A stretch of 63,983 nt of DNA, counting the filler, from Lentisphaeria bacterium (GTDB taxonomy: Bacteria; Verrucomicrobiota; Lentisphaeria; JABSQK01; JAWLHB01), in NCBI GenBank assembly GCA_041690595.1. It is 3 parts of 3 records of this genome, joined end to end, with 100 filler letters (N's around TTAATTAATTAA, not from the genome) between each part and the next. Parts side by side here need not be neighbours in the genome. Positions count along the whole stretch, not along the records: positions 1 to 31,478 come from JAWLHB010000065.1; 2 more parts are not named here. The stretch is one strand, 5' to 3'. The position numbers and the translations under genes were made by a program. The notes under the pieces were generated by a model. The model was not told the origin of the DNA. It searched no databases and saw nothing but the letters and a program-made list of their open reading frames with translations. Below, in pieces: positions 20,881 to 31,185 of this stretch (the first letter of the stretch is position 1; the number at the start of each line of letters is the position of its first letter).

Positions 20881-20991
20881 ACCCCGCAAGTCTGCCTGCT
20901 GGTTCTGAGCGTGGACCCCGCAGGTTTGCCTGCATGCACCCCGCAGGTCGGGGTTGGAACCCCGCAGGTCGATGCCGACTACCCCGCAAGT
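20881..20991 (+). repeat. Five ACCCCGCA(A/G)GT direct repeats
   Basis: Starts at 20881, 20915, 20938, 20959 and 20981. Confidence 0.8.
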
Positions 20992-21047
20992 GCGTCGCGG
21001 GCACGACTGGACCAGTTGAAGCGATATGGAATTGTTATATGCGCAAC

Positions 21048-21076
21048 TTGCATCGTGGCCCGCGGCGGCGTATACT
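21048..21076 (+). promoter_or_regulatory. Putative sigma70 promoter
   Basis: TTGCAT-N17-TATACT followed by an RBS, GAGGAGG. Confidence 0.6.
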
Positions 21077-21099
21077 TTGAGAAATGAGGAGGTGCAATC

Positions 21100-22167
21100 A
21101 TGCCGATTTTGGAACGGGCAGGTCCTCGCGTGATTCAAGCGTACCGGGAAATGCGGAACCGGATCTCGCGTGGGGATTTCGAGTTTGGAGATGCATTGCC
21201 GTCTCAACGGGTGTTGAGCCAGGAGCTTGGGGTGAGCCTGGTGACGCTGAACCGGGCGGTGGCCCTGCTGGTGAATGACGGGCTGGTGGAGTCGCGGGTG
21301 GGGTCGGGGGTCTACGTAAGTCGACCGGCGGAATCGCTGAGTGCGTCCGGCATCATCTCGTACATGTACCTGGCGGACGGCGAGAGCCTGACGCATGTGC
21401 AGCAGGGGGCGCTGGCGAGGGGGTACCTGCTGAGCGTCTTTTCGCAATGTCAGAACAATTGGAATCCGAATGCGGAGCGTCATTTTCTGCGGAAGGTGAA
21501 GGAGCAGCGACACCATGGGCTGCTGGCCTTCTGTTCGCCGACGGCGCCTCGCAATGACGATCTGCTGCGGGAACTGGTGGTGGCAGGGGTGCGGGTGCTG
21601 CATATCGAGCATTACTGTGTCGACCTGCCGGAACAGCCTTACCTGTTGCCGGATTTCGAGCGTGCCGGCCATGCCGCGGTGATCAATCTGCTGTTGGCGG
21701 GTTACCGGCGGATTCGCTTTCTGAGCCAGGAGCCGCCATCGACGAGGGAGGTCCCTTTCATGCGCCTGCTGGCGAAAGGCATGCAAAGGGCGCTGGCGGA
21801 CCATGGCGCGGAAAGCACGTCCATCGATGAGAACTGGCTGCCGTTTCCAAGCCATGTGGATCATGAGGAACGTCTGGCGGCCAGCCTGGCGGCGGTGGAG
21901 CCGGATACGGGTATTGTCGCTTATTCGGATAACGCGGCCAGTGAAGTTGTCGAGCACCTTCGCCGGCGGGGCCGTTCCGTGCCGGATACAATCGGCGTCA
22001 TCGGCATCGACGTGGCGGGCAGCGCCAACGTCAAGGATGTGGACATCATGAGCTTCGACCGCGAAGCACTGCTGGATCGGGCCATCGCCATGATGACGGC
22101 GCCCGACTGGCGGGAGCCGCGGGAACTGGCACCGGCCAAATGGATCAAACAGGGGACCGTACGATGA
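21100..22167 (+). CDS. GntR-family regulator with sugar-binding domain
   Basis: GDALPSQRVLSQELGVSLVTLNRAVALL...GSGVYV. Confidence 0.88.
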   Translation: MPILERAGPRVIQAYREMRNRISRGDFEFGDALPSQRVLSQELGVSLVTLNRAVALLVNDGLVESRVGSGVYVSRPAESLSASGIISYMYLADGESLTHVQQGALARGYLLSVFSQCQNNWNPNAERHFLRKVKEQRHHGLLAFCSPTAPRNDDLLRELVVAGVRVLHIEHYCVDLPEQPYLLPDFERAGHAAVINLLLAGYRRIRFLSQEPPSTREVPFMRLLAKGMQRALADHGAESTSIDENWLPFPSHVDHEERLAASLAAVEPDTGIVAYSDNAASEVVEHLRRRGRSVPDTIGVIGIDVAGSANVKDVDIMSFDREALLDRAIAMMTAPDWREPRELAPAKWIKQGTVR

Positions 22168-25100
22168 GAATGTGGTTGATTATCACGATGGTGTTGACGA
22201 GCTGCCTTTCCGCCATGGCGGAGAAGGCGCCGGCGGTGATGCTGCTGCATGGAAGGGGGACCGACTGGGGCGCGGTGCGCGAGTTGGAGGCCCAAAGTGA
22301 TCTGGTCTTCGGCGCCTGCGGTTTCGGCGAACTGACATGGGAGCGGTTGCAGGAGTTCAACGTCGTCATCCTCTTTGACATGTCGCGTTATGAGCCGGAA
22401 ACGAAGGGCGCAAACGATGTGACGATCAGCCCTGATGGCTTCGAGCGGGTGGCAGGGTTGCTGGAGCGATTCGTGCGGGAAGGTGGTGGCCTCTATGTCT
22501 ATGGCGTCTCGTTCACGCACATGGGGCAGGGCTGGGCAACGGAGACGCTGAACCGTTTCCTGCGGCGCTTCGATGCGCAGGTGCTCTTTGAATTGCTGCG
22601 AGACGAGCCTCGGGAGCAGCGACAGCCCGGCGGGCGGAAGCTCCTCTATGCACAGCCGGACGAGATCGTGTCGCATCCCGCCACTGCCGGCGTGAAGCAT
22701 CTATGGTATGCCATCGGTCCGTTCAGCTATGGACCATGGACGCGGCCCTTGAAGCTCGGAGCCGACTGGCAACCGCTGATCTTCACCTCTCGTGGCTTCA
22801 CCTCGACGCCGTTGAAGGATCCTGCCGGGCACGCTCAGCCCGTGACCGACGTGCCAACTGCCGTCGTGGGCGAACGGGCCGTCATCCTTGCGGTGCGAAG
22901 CCTCGACAAGGGACGCATCGTTCTCAGTGGCGGCGAATCGACCATTTCCTTCTATGGGTATGCCTTCAGTGAGTACGCCGATCGCGAGTGGCAGCGCATC
23001 GGCATGGAGAAGGGGTTGAACGGTATTCCCAGTGATGGCAGGCAGTTGCTGATCTCGAACCTCCAGTGGCTGGCGCAGCCAAGTCTTGAGGCGGGGGTGC
23101 TTGGAGGATTTACGCCGCCGCCGGTGAAAGCGTGGGAGCCTCGCCAGGCGTCGCCAATTGCCTGGCCCGCGCAGGACGAGGTGAAGGGGCGGCAACCATT
23201 CCGTAAAGGAGTGATCGGCGTGATGCCGGCCGGTTGCGGAGGCAGCGGCTCGGTGGCGGAATATGCCACCGCCGCCCGCGAGGCTGGTCTCGATTACCTG
23301 GTTTTCGCGGCTGATTTCGAGAGGGCGGATGAGGCTGCCTGGACACAGTTGCAGACGGATTGCGCAGCGGTGACCAGCGAGACCTTTGTCGCGACTCCGG
23401 CTGTCATCACCCAGGATCATCTCGACAACTGGTTTCTGCAGACCGGCTCACGCGCCTGGCCTCGCCATGAACGCCTCGATCCGGGCCAACCTCAACGGGT
23501 GCGCGATCATCTGGGCTACTGGATGGTGGACGGCAACTTCCCGATGCGCGTCGTCTTTCGCTTCAGTGACGGTGGCTACCCGTCGTGGCTGCACAGCGGA
23601 TACGAGAGCTTTGGCGTACGGACATGGAAGGACGGCAAGATGATCGACCAGGACGTCGAAGGCTTCCTGCACAATCAGATGCAGGGGGACCGGGCGCGGA
23701 TCGTCTCGATCAGCCTGGTGACCTCACCCGACCAGTTGGCTGAGGTTCGTGAACATACGTGGATACTGGCGCCGAATGCCGAGCGCCTCGCCGATGCGCT
23801 GGTGGCCTCCCAATTCTCTGGCGGCGCGGCAAGCTACGTCAGCAGCGGACCACGGGTGCTGTTCTGGCATGTGGGGAATGCGCGGCGAAATACTTTTGGC
23901 GAAGCCTATGTGGCGGGGACGGAGCGCTGGCGACTGAGCCTGGCCGCCGAGTCGGATATCCCCCTCAAGCAGGTCACCCTCTACGATGGTACGCGCCTCT
24001 TCCGACGTTTTGCGGTGGACGGCAACAGCTGCGAGCTGATGGTCGATGGTCTGCACGGGGAACGGCACGTGTTGACCGCGATGATCGAAGATGTGCAGGG
24101 AAACCAGGCGATGACAGGTGCCATCGAGGTGCAGGATGGTCGCTTGGTGCAGACTTTCTGCAGTGACCGGTGCAACATCATGGGCGGCAGTTCGGTGATC
24201 CGCGACCGTGACGGCCGCGAGACGACGGTACCGGCATCCGCCATGCTCTACAAGGCCGGTCGATTGAGCGCCAGCACCGTCGGCATCGGCGAAGCATTGC
24301 CGGGGATTGACGGATCGGGCCAGGGGGTCGAATATTTCCTGGGCAGCAGCCTTTTTCTGAATGCCGCCGACGAGCAGGGAGAAGCGCGGGGGCAGGTGCA
24401 CCGCATCGAGCGGCCGTGGGAAAGCGCCGACGGTCTCATCTTCGATACGCCTATCGCCATGCGCTCACCAGTGAGGGATCACCTGATCTTTGGCCACAAT
24501 CCGTACGTGGCGCTCGAGGAGCCCCGGGTCGATGCCCGGCTGACGCAGTATCATTTTTATCGTTCCCCCATGTATCCATCGCCGGCCATGGCCGACTTCT
24601 CACTGACCGCGCGTGAAGCAGTCACGCCGGTGAAGGGATGGCAGGGCTTCTCGGCTCAGATGGGCAATGCCTGGGGTAAGCATACCCGCTACATGGTGTT
24701 CAAGAATGGCGCGATGATAGTGGATGGTCCGAGCGAAGACGAAGCCATCAACACTACTTGGCGCGGCAACCTGGCGCCGGGGGATTTTGTCTACCTCCCC
24801 GACCTTGGCGAAGGCTTCTTTTCCCTGGGCCGAGCCGGCGATGCCGGTATTGACGTCGTGATCGAGTGCATTCCCTCGCGTGGCTGGTTTCGCACGTATG
24901 TAGGGCGCTTCGATCTGTCGCCGCTTGCCGCGGGCGAGGAGATCCGCTCGCGCGTTCTGCTGATGCGCTCGGCGTCACGAGGCGAAGAGGGGCTCCAGCA
25001 GTGGCTCGACTTCGCGCGCCGGTATGGCCTGCTTGGCGAGCCTGCCTACACGCTGGCGCTCACCCGCGGTGAGCGACTGAGCGACAACTACCTCCTCGAT

Positions 25101-25532
25101 CTGCAGGCGGTGGACGGGGCCATCGCCGGAAGCTTCGACATCGCCATGCTGCCGCAGCGCCTCCCCGTGAAGGTCAACGGCATTCACCCGAACTGGACGG
25201 CGGCCAAGGTCGACAACGAGCGGCGCACCTGGCATCCACTGGGTGGCTGGGAGGGGGCGATCTATACGACGCTGGATCCCGCGCTCGGGCGTCAGGAACT
25301 CTTTATCGGCAATCTGCTCACTTGCGATCAGCCTGAGCTGCATCTTACCTTCCTGCCTCAGAACCGCGATGCCGGAGCGCATGTCGCCGTGCACAACCCA
25401 ACCGCGACGCCGCTTCGCGCCACCGTGAAGGTGCCGACGGCTACTTGGCTGGCGCCGGCCCAATCCCATCTTCTCGATGTACCCGCCTTTGCCACCGTCA
25501 ACCTTCCCCTTCAGCAGGAGAACCGTCCGTGA
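22164..25532 (+). CDS. Large secreted hypothetical protein (degenerate PHP/CehA-McbA-like middle region)
   Basis: Signal peptide, GGGLYV, HPATAGV and GSVAEYATAAREAGLDYLVF. Paralog of the next gene. Confidence 0.75.
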   Translation: MRMWLIITMVLTSCLSAMAEKAPAVMLLHGRGTDWGAVRELEAQSDLVFGACGFGELTWERLQEFNVVILFDMSRYEPETKGANDVTISPDGFERVAGLLERFVREGGGLYVYGVSFTHMGQGWATETLNRFLRRFDAQVLFELLRDEPREQRQPGGRKLLYAQPDEIVSHPATAGVKHLWYAIGPFSYGPWTRPLKLGADWQPLIFTSRGFTSTPLKDPAGHAQPVTDVPTAVVGERAVILAVRSLDKGRIVLSGGESTISFYGYAFSEYADREWQRIGMEKGLNGIPSDGRQLLISNLQWLAQPSLEAGVLGGFTPPPVKAWEPRQASPIAWPAQDEVKGRQPFRKGVIGVMPAGCGGSGSVAEYATAAREAGLDYLVFAADFERADEAAWTQLQTDCAAVTSETFVATPAVITQDHLDNWFLQTGSRAWPRHERLDPGQPQRVRDHLGYWMVDGNFPMRVVFRFSDGGYPSWLHSGYESFGVRTWKDGKMIDQDVEGFLHNQMQGDRARIVSISLVTSPDQLAEVREHTWILAPNAERLADALVASQFSGGAASYVSSGPRVLFWHVGNARRNTFGEAYVAGTERWRLSLAAESDIPLKQVTLYDGTRLFRRFAVDGNSCELMVDGLHGERHVLTAMIEDVQGNQAMTGAIEVQDGRLVQTFCSDRCNIMGGSSVIRDRDGRETTVPASAMLYKAGRLSASTVGIGEALPGIDGSGQGVEYFLGSSLFLNAADEQGEARGQVHRIERPWESADGLIFDTPIAMRSPVRDHLIFGHNPYVALEEPRVDARLTQYHFYRSPMYPSPAMADFSLTAREAVTPVKGWQGFSAQMGNAWGKHTRYMVFKNGAMIVDGPSEDEAINTTWRGNLAPGDFVYLPDLGEGFFSLGRAGDAGIDVVIECIPSRGWFRTYVGRFDLSPLAAGEEIRSRVLLMRSASRGEEGLQQWLDFARRYGLLGEPAYTLALTRGERLSDNYLLDLQAVDGAIAGSFDIAMLPQRLPVKVNGIHPNWTAAKVDNERRTWHPLGGWEGAIYTTLDPALGRQELFIGNLLTCDQPELHLTFLPQNRDAGAHVAVHNPTATPLRATVKVPTATWLAPAQSHLLDVPAFATVNLPLQQENRP

Positions 25533-28500
25533 TGCGACATCTGCTCATTGTCTTTTTCATGCTCCAAGCACTGCACATTCTGGCGGGCGATCAGCCGAAC
25601 ATCTGTTTCATCGGAAAGCCGCAGACGTACATGGAGGTGGCCTATCTGGATGAGCTGGAGGCCCACGGCTTCGTCGTCGAATCGGCAACCTGGAACGAGA
25701 TCACGCCCCACGTGCTGCGCCGCTTCAACGCCATCGTCATCACCGCCTTTCAGGACGAAACCGGCAACGTGGAAGCGGGCGTCATCAATGGATTGACGAC
25801 GGAACGCCAGCGCCTCGTGAGCGAGTACATGAAAGCGGGTGGCGGCGTCCTTGTTTACCTCAACACCGTCGGCTGCTATGGCAAGGAGAAGCTCGGCACC
25901 GTCCCGGAATGGCTGGCTACCTTCGGCATCACCTTCCTGGCGGAAGCGATCGTCGACAAGTCTCGCGCGGCCCAGATGGAGACGCCCTCCCTGCGGCCCT
26001 ACAGCACCAAGGCCGCCTGGACGGAGAGTTTTGCCACCCATCCCGTGACGGCGGGGGTGCGTTCCCTCTGGTATCCGACAGGGTGGGGCGGACACGCCAT
26101 GGCCGAGGCCGTCCCCGTTATCGCCAGCCACCAGTGGACAACCGTGGTCGAGACTAGTCCCGAGGCGGAATTGATCATTCGCGACGATGTCTGGTCGGAT
26201 CTGTGGCGGGCGGAACGTCCCGGCGGCCCGCATGCGCTGATGGCGGTCGGCTCCTTCGGCTCGGGCCGCATGGCTGTCCTCGGCGGCAATCCAGTATGGA
26301 CAGTCTGGACCCCCTATCACGAAGCGCTGGGCGAGATCATCATGAAAAAGGGCCAGGGCGGCAAGCCGAGCGACTTCTGGCGCCTCCTGGAAAACACCTA
26401 CAACTGGCTGGCGGAGCCGTCGCTGCAGATGGGCGTCTATGGTATCGCGGCAAGCAAGCGACCGCCGGTGGCAGGCGATACCGCCGCACTCGACTGGGCG
26501 CAACTCACCATGCCCGAGGCGCCCAAGCGCTGGTATCGTGGCACGGTCGGGGCGCGCACCGCTCTCTCCGTCGGCAAGGGGAGCGTGGCTGAATGGGCGG
26601 GGGCGGCACAACAGGCCGGCTTCGACTTCATTGTCTTTGCCGAAGCCCTCGAAGCCATGAATGCGGAGAAATGGGAGACGCTGAAAAACGCCTGCCTGGG
26701 CGCCACCAGCGAGAGCTTCGTCGCCTATCCCGGCCTCACCTACCGCAATGCAGCGGGCACCCATGGATTTGCGCCCATCGGTTACGTCGACTGGTTCCCC
26801 GCCGATTGGCTGACCCCCGACGGAAGCCGCATCAACATCGACCGTGGCTGGAGCCCTCAGAAAGGCTGGGGGGCGACCCAGAACAAGAGCGGCCAGATCA
26901 TGATGTTCCTCACCTACTGGAAGAACGGCTACTACAATTACGACGAGAATCCATCGCCATTCTGGGATTACAAGCTCTACGACCTGATGCCGATCTGGAC
27001 CTTCAGCGAAGGGAAACTGCTGGAGGAGAACCTGGCGAAGTATCTGCAGGTCTGTGCGGCCCATCACAATCCCGCCGCCTACACCCTTGACCTGATGAGC
27101 GACCCGGCGGAGCTTGCGGGGGCAATCGCGGCAGGACGTCCGCACTTGGTGGTGCCGGCCGTCGCCGATCCTCGAGCACCGGAACCGGCCACTCTGCAGA
27201 ACGTCTTCAATCGCTTTGTCGTGGATGATTGCGCCTACAAACTGGGCACCGGCGCCTATCGCGGCTGGCAAGGACCGGCGGCGACAACCGGGCCGGCCCT
27301 GCGCTGGATGTTCCGCGGCGGTTATCGCTGGGAAGGGGTGGAGTTTCCCCGCTACTGGATCGAGCGTCATGCGGGCGTTCAGCCCGAGGACTGGTACCTG
27401 GCAAGCTGGTATCGGCTGAAGCTTCGCGTCGATGCGGCCAGCGATGTTGGCCTTCGCGAACTGACGATCTACGATGGCGAGCAGGTCTTGCGCCGCTATG
27501 CCCTCGGCGATCAGCCCGAGGCCAGTATCGAGTTCAGCGTGGTGCAGGCGCCCACACGCCATCTGATCGCGGTTGTCACCGACAGTCAGGGGAGGCAGGC
27601 CGTCGCCAGAGAGATCTGGATGGAACAGCAGATGAACCTCTACAACTACTGCGGCGACCGCGTCAATGTGCCGATCAGCATCTACAGCCCCATCCATGGG
27701 CATCCCTATCCCGGCTTCGACAAGGGGCACGAGGCGCGCCGCTTTTACGTCGATCTTGTCTCGCCGGATCTGCTGATTGAACGCTATTCGACCGATGCCG
27801 TCTATCGGCACGAGGAACTCAGCGACACCTTCGGCTGGCACAACTGGGCACCACACTACGAGCGCGAGAACTACACCTTTGATCAGCGCGGCTTCGCCTG
27901 GTACGATCGCCATGGCAAACAGGTCAGCTACGGAACGCACCCCAGCCAGAATGTCCATTGGGACGGCTTCACGGTGCGTACCGCCACCCCGGAAGGGCAG
28001 CTCGATCCTGCCAAGCTCGAGCATTACGAGAATATGCTGACCCTGAAGCAGCCATACCCGCTTGACGACGACGGATTCCTCCCACCCAGCCTGATCGCTT
28101 GGCCGGCCGGCGAAGAGCCCCTGCGTCTGCTGGCGAATGGCGCGGTCACGGAGTTGAAGGCGGATTCGCCGCCCCAGGCCTTGGCCGGGGAAAGCATCCT
28201 CTCCCTGGGGCAGAAGAGCGTGCGCATCATTGGCGATGACTGGTTTGCCGTGCGCAAAGAGGACTCCGGTAAGACAACCTGGAAAATCGGCCTCCGACCA
28301 TCGGTCAATGAGACCGGAACGATCCTCGGCTGGGGCACCGAACAACTGAATCGTGCCGCTCCCGAACCGACCTGGTTCCAGATCCAGCAGGGGGTGCTGC
28401 GCGGCCAGCCATTGGTCGAACTCCACGTGGATGCGGTTGACGGTGCGGCCGTGGCCATGATCCGGCAGGGCGCCAGCGATTTCAACTGTCAGCCGATCGT

Positions 28501-28864
28501 GGTGCACGGCGTCAGCCGCGGCAGCACCGCCGGCTACTATGAGAAAGAGACTGGCCGCTATCGTCCCATCGGCGTGTTGGAGGGCAAGGCCTATGCGCAG
28601 CTGCCCTCGTCACAGCAGGCAACGACGGTGGTGATCGGCAATCTGGTGCGGGCGGAGCATCCGGAGATCACGATCGAGATGATCCAGCAGACGGATGCCG
28701 CCGGTCTCCCGACCGGCGAATGGCTTCTTGATGCCCACAATCCGACGACCGATCCGATCGATACCAGGCTCAACTTCCCGGCTGCCTTCGCCGAGATCGT
28801 TCAGACCCGCCACCAGCAAATCTCCCTTCCTGCTGGCGGCTCGGTCGCCATCACGATTCGTTAA
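25532..28864 (+). CDS. Large secreted hypothetical protein, paralog of 22164-25532
   Basis: Signal peptide, GGGVLV, HPVTAGV, GSVAEWAGAAQQAGFDFIVF, YCGDRVN and HNPT. Confidence 0.75.
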   Translation: MRHLLIVFFMLQALHILAGDQPNICFIGKPQTYMEVAYLDELEAHGFVVESATWNEITPHVLRRFNAIVITAFQDETGNVEAGVINGLTTERQRLVSEYMKAGGGVLVYLNTVGCYGKEKLGTVPEWLATFGITFLAEAIVDKSRAAQMETPSLRPYSTKAAWTESFATHPVTAGVRSLWYPTGWGGHAMAEAVPVIASHQWTTVVETSPEAELIIRDDVWSDLWRAERPGGPHALMAVGSFGSGRMAVLGGNPVWTVWTPYHEALGEIIMKKGQGGKPSDFWRLLENTYNWLAEPSLQMGVYGIAASKRPPVAGDTAALDWAQLTMPEAPKRWYRGTVGARTALSVGKGSVAEWAGAAQQAGFDFIVFAEALEAMNAEKWETLKNACLGATSESFVAYPGLTYRNAAGTHGFAPIGYVDWFPADWLTPDGSRINIDRGWSPQKGWGATQNKSGQIMMFLTYWKNGYYNYDENPSPFWDYKLYDLMPIWTFSEGKLLEENLAKYLQVCAAHHNPAAYTLDLMSDPAELAGAIAAGRPHLVVPAVADPRAPEPATLQNVFNRFVVDDCAYKLGTGAYRGWQGPAATTGPALRWMFRGGYRWEGVEFPRYWIERHAGVQPEDWYLASWYRLKLRVDAASDVGLRELTIYDGEQVLRRYALGDQPEASIEFSVVQAPTRHLIAVVTDSQGRQAVAREIWMEQQMNLYNYCGDRVNVPISIYSPIHGHPYPGFDKGHEARRFYVDLVSPDLLIERYSTDAVYRHEELSDTFGWHNWAPHYERENYTFDQRGFAWYDRHGKQVSYGTHPSQNVHWDGFTVRTATPEGQLDPAKLEHYENMLTLKQPYPLDDDGFLPPSLIAWPAGEEPLRLLANGAVTELKADSPPQALAGESILSLGQKSVRIIGDDWFAVRKEDSGKTTWKIGLRPSVNETGTILGWGTEQLNRAAPEPTWFQIQQGVLRGQPLVELHVDAVDGAAVAMIRQGASDFNCQPIVVHGVSRGSTAGYYEKETGRYRPIGVLEGKAYAQLPSSQQATTVVIGNLVRAEHPEITIEMIQQTDAAGLPTGEWLLDAHNPTTDPIDTRLNFPAAFAEIVQTRHQQISLPAGGSVAITIR

Positions 28865-28891
28865 CCATCCCAATCACGCGAGGAACCAACA

Positions 28892-29722
28892 ATGCATACA
28901 TCCACCATACCCGCACACCAAGCCAAAGGCTTCACCCTTATCGAACTTCTGGTCGTGGTGGCGATAATAGCGATTCTCGCCAGCATGATGCTACCCGCTT
29001 TGAGCAAGGCGCGCAACACTGCCCGCCGCTCCTCCTGCCTCAACAACATGAAACAGATCGGCATGGCGATGACCATTTACGGCGGCGATTTCGCGGACGC
29101 GCCTCCCGGCGTTGCCATGCGCTATGCGCGCGCCTTTGCCGACACCGCCACCTATCACAGCGGCTATGTCGGTCCCATGGGCGCGGGCTTCCTCCATAAT
29201 TTGGATTATCTGCGCGGACCCGACACCTATTATTGCCCCGGGCGTGGAGCCGACAGCTTCTACAAGCACACCGACAAGCACCACGCGAATTGGAGTGGCA
29301 GCCTCAATGCTGGCTGGATCCACATTGGCTACTACCTGGCAACCGGAAACTTGGGTAATGACGGGCTGGATTTTGCCACCAACCCCGCTTGGCGCTTCTC
29401 CCGCTGGCACAATTTCGGCGGCAGCGGCAACAACGATCAGATCGTCCTCGGCATGGACTATCCGGCCAAGCTCAACCCCGGCACTGGTTGGCAGCCCGGT
29501 GGAGCGAGCAAGCACAGTCACGGCATGGGCTACAACACTGTCTACCTCGATGGGCATGCCGATTTCCTCCGCGATTCCGGCAATTACTTGGAGATCACCT
29601 ATGAACCCTCCCAATTCCAGAAACCCTGGGCGTACGACAACTCCCACGGCTTCTACTGGATGTACCGCAACATGATTGGCTGGACCGACGCCAAGTATCG
29701 CGCCACCTTCCCAACCATGTAG
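28892..29722 (+). CDS. Prepilin-type N-terminal cleavage/methylation protein with H-X9-DG motif
   Basis: [33 protein letters not shown] and [13 protein letters not shown]. Confidence 0.92.
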   Translation: MHTSTIPAHQAKGFTLIELLVVVAIIAILASMMLPALSKARNTARRSSCLNNMKQIGMAMTIYGGDFADAPPGVAMRYARAFADTATYHSGYVGPMGAGFLHNLDYLRGPDTYYCPGRGADSFYKHTDKHHANWSGSLNAGWIHIGYYLATGNLGNDGLDFATNPAWRFSRWHNFGGSGNNDQIVLGMDYPAKLNPGTGWQPGGASKHSHGMGYNTVYLDGHADFLRDSGNYLEITYEPSQFQKPWAYDNSHGFYWMYRNMIGWTDAKYRATFPTM

Positions 29723-30008
29723 TCCTGCGCGGTGGACCTGTTTCGGCAATAGTGGCGTAGAAGTCCAACACGGATACGGAAGACAAGCGGAGGACAGGCA
29801 CCTGCGGTGCCCCCGGCAACGCAGCTGTCAGCTGTAACTTCCAACCCCAGGCAAGTAAGCGACCTGCGCGCCCTGAAGTCGCACAGATGATGCCCGCTTC
29901 CCATCTACTGGCGTCGCTGGCACCATGCGACCAGGCCCTACCCATGAGCAGCGCCCCCGTGCCGGGAAGGTCCGTCCCCCCGACGGGCACCTGCCGTGCA
30001 CGCAGCAG

Positions 30009-30050
30009 GTCCGACCTCGTCCGACTCGTCCGACTTGTCTGACTTGTCCT
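30009..30050. repeat. GTCCGAC(T)-type short tandem repeat
   Basis: gtccgacctcgtccgactcgtccgacttgtctgacttgtcc lies just past the transposase stop. Confidence 0.7.
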
Positions 30051-30079
30051 GAGCTGAAGCCAGTGCCGGCCGCAACCCG

Positions 30080-31018
30080 TCAGTCCTGGCGCAGCCGGCG
30101 GAAGCTGTAGAGCAGCTCGCCGGAATCGGGCAGGCGTCCGCTTCCGAGGCGTTTCTTCTTGACGGCATCGCTGCCGTAGGCTGCACCAGCTACTTCGCGG
30201 ATGAATTGCCGATCACCGATGATCGCGCCATCGCTCCAGCAGCGATTCCGGCGATCGGCGCGCAGGATCGGCACCGGACGCTTCTGCCCCTTCTCGCAGG
30301 CAGCCTGCATCGCGTTGGCATCGGCGTCGGCGGCCATGGTGCGGGCCAGGTCGGCGCGCAGTTCGGACTGAAGCCGCTTGGCATCCCAGCCATCGGCGCG
30401 ATGGCCGAGGCTGCGACAGACGTGGGTCACGAAGTTGGATTCGAAGGGATGTCGACCGCTTACATGCCAATCCCCCCAGTCGCTGTAGCGATAGCCGGCT
30501 GGATCGTTGACCATCTTCGCGCGCACGGGATTGAGGATGATGTACTTGATGGCGTTCCACAGGGCCATGCCGCGTTGGAGGATGACGCTCTTGAACCTGC
30601 CGGCCCACAGCGCGCCGCGGCGCCGGATGGGGCGGCTCTTGTTGAACCAGACCGTGAAACGCTGCTGCAGATCGTGCATGAAGTGACTGATGTCATTGAG
30701 GCGCGGCGCCAGTTCGGCGGCGATGGGCGAGTCGGCGGTTATGGGGTGCCTGTCCTTGTAGAATTTGTTGTAGCGGCGGGCGGTCTCTTTCCGGCTCGGA
30801 GGTTCGCCTGGAGCAAAAAGTGTGAGGTGAAAATGATTGCACATGACGCAAAGACTTACGAGCTCCAGCGAATACAGCGTGCTCAAGGAATGCACCTGAT
30901 TCTCGAACTTCTGCTTCTCAAGCTTACCAAAGGGCCGGTCCTTATCGCTACCCGCCGTTCGATTTGTCAGATGATAGTAGCAACCACCGCCCTGATGCTT
31001 CGTCCGCGCCATTCGCAT
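30080..31018 (-). mobile_element. Y1 HUH transposase (RAYT / IS200-IS605 TnpA superfamily)
   Basis: YYHLTNR, CVMCNHFHL (HUH), LWAGRFKS, YIILNPVRA (catalytic Tyr) and YRYSDW. A TTGACA lies upstream on the minus strand (31074-31079). Confidence 0.9.
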
Positions 31019-31185
31019 CGTATACCCCCTTCTGTTGTAGGTATGGCCATAATCTTGCCGCCATAGTCATACTTGTCAATATCACACAGAATAAATCTGT
31101 TAATTAGTATCTTAATTATGTTGAACTTGGTTAAAGAGGTAGCGCATGCCGCATCTGTAGCCACCGACAGAGCTACCACACAAGT

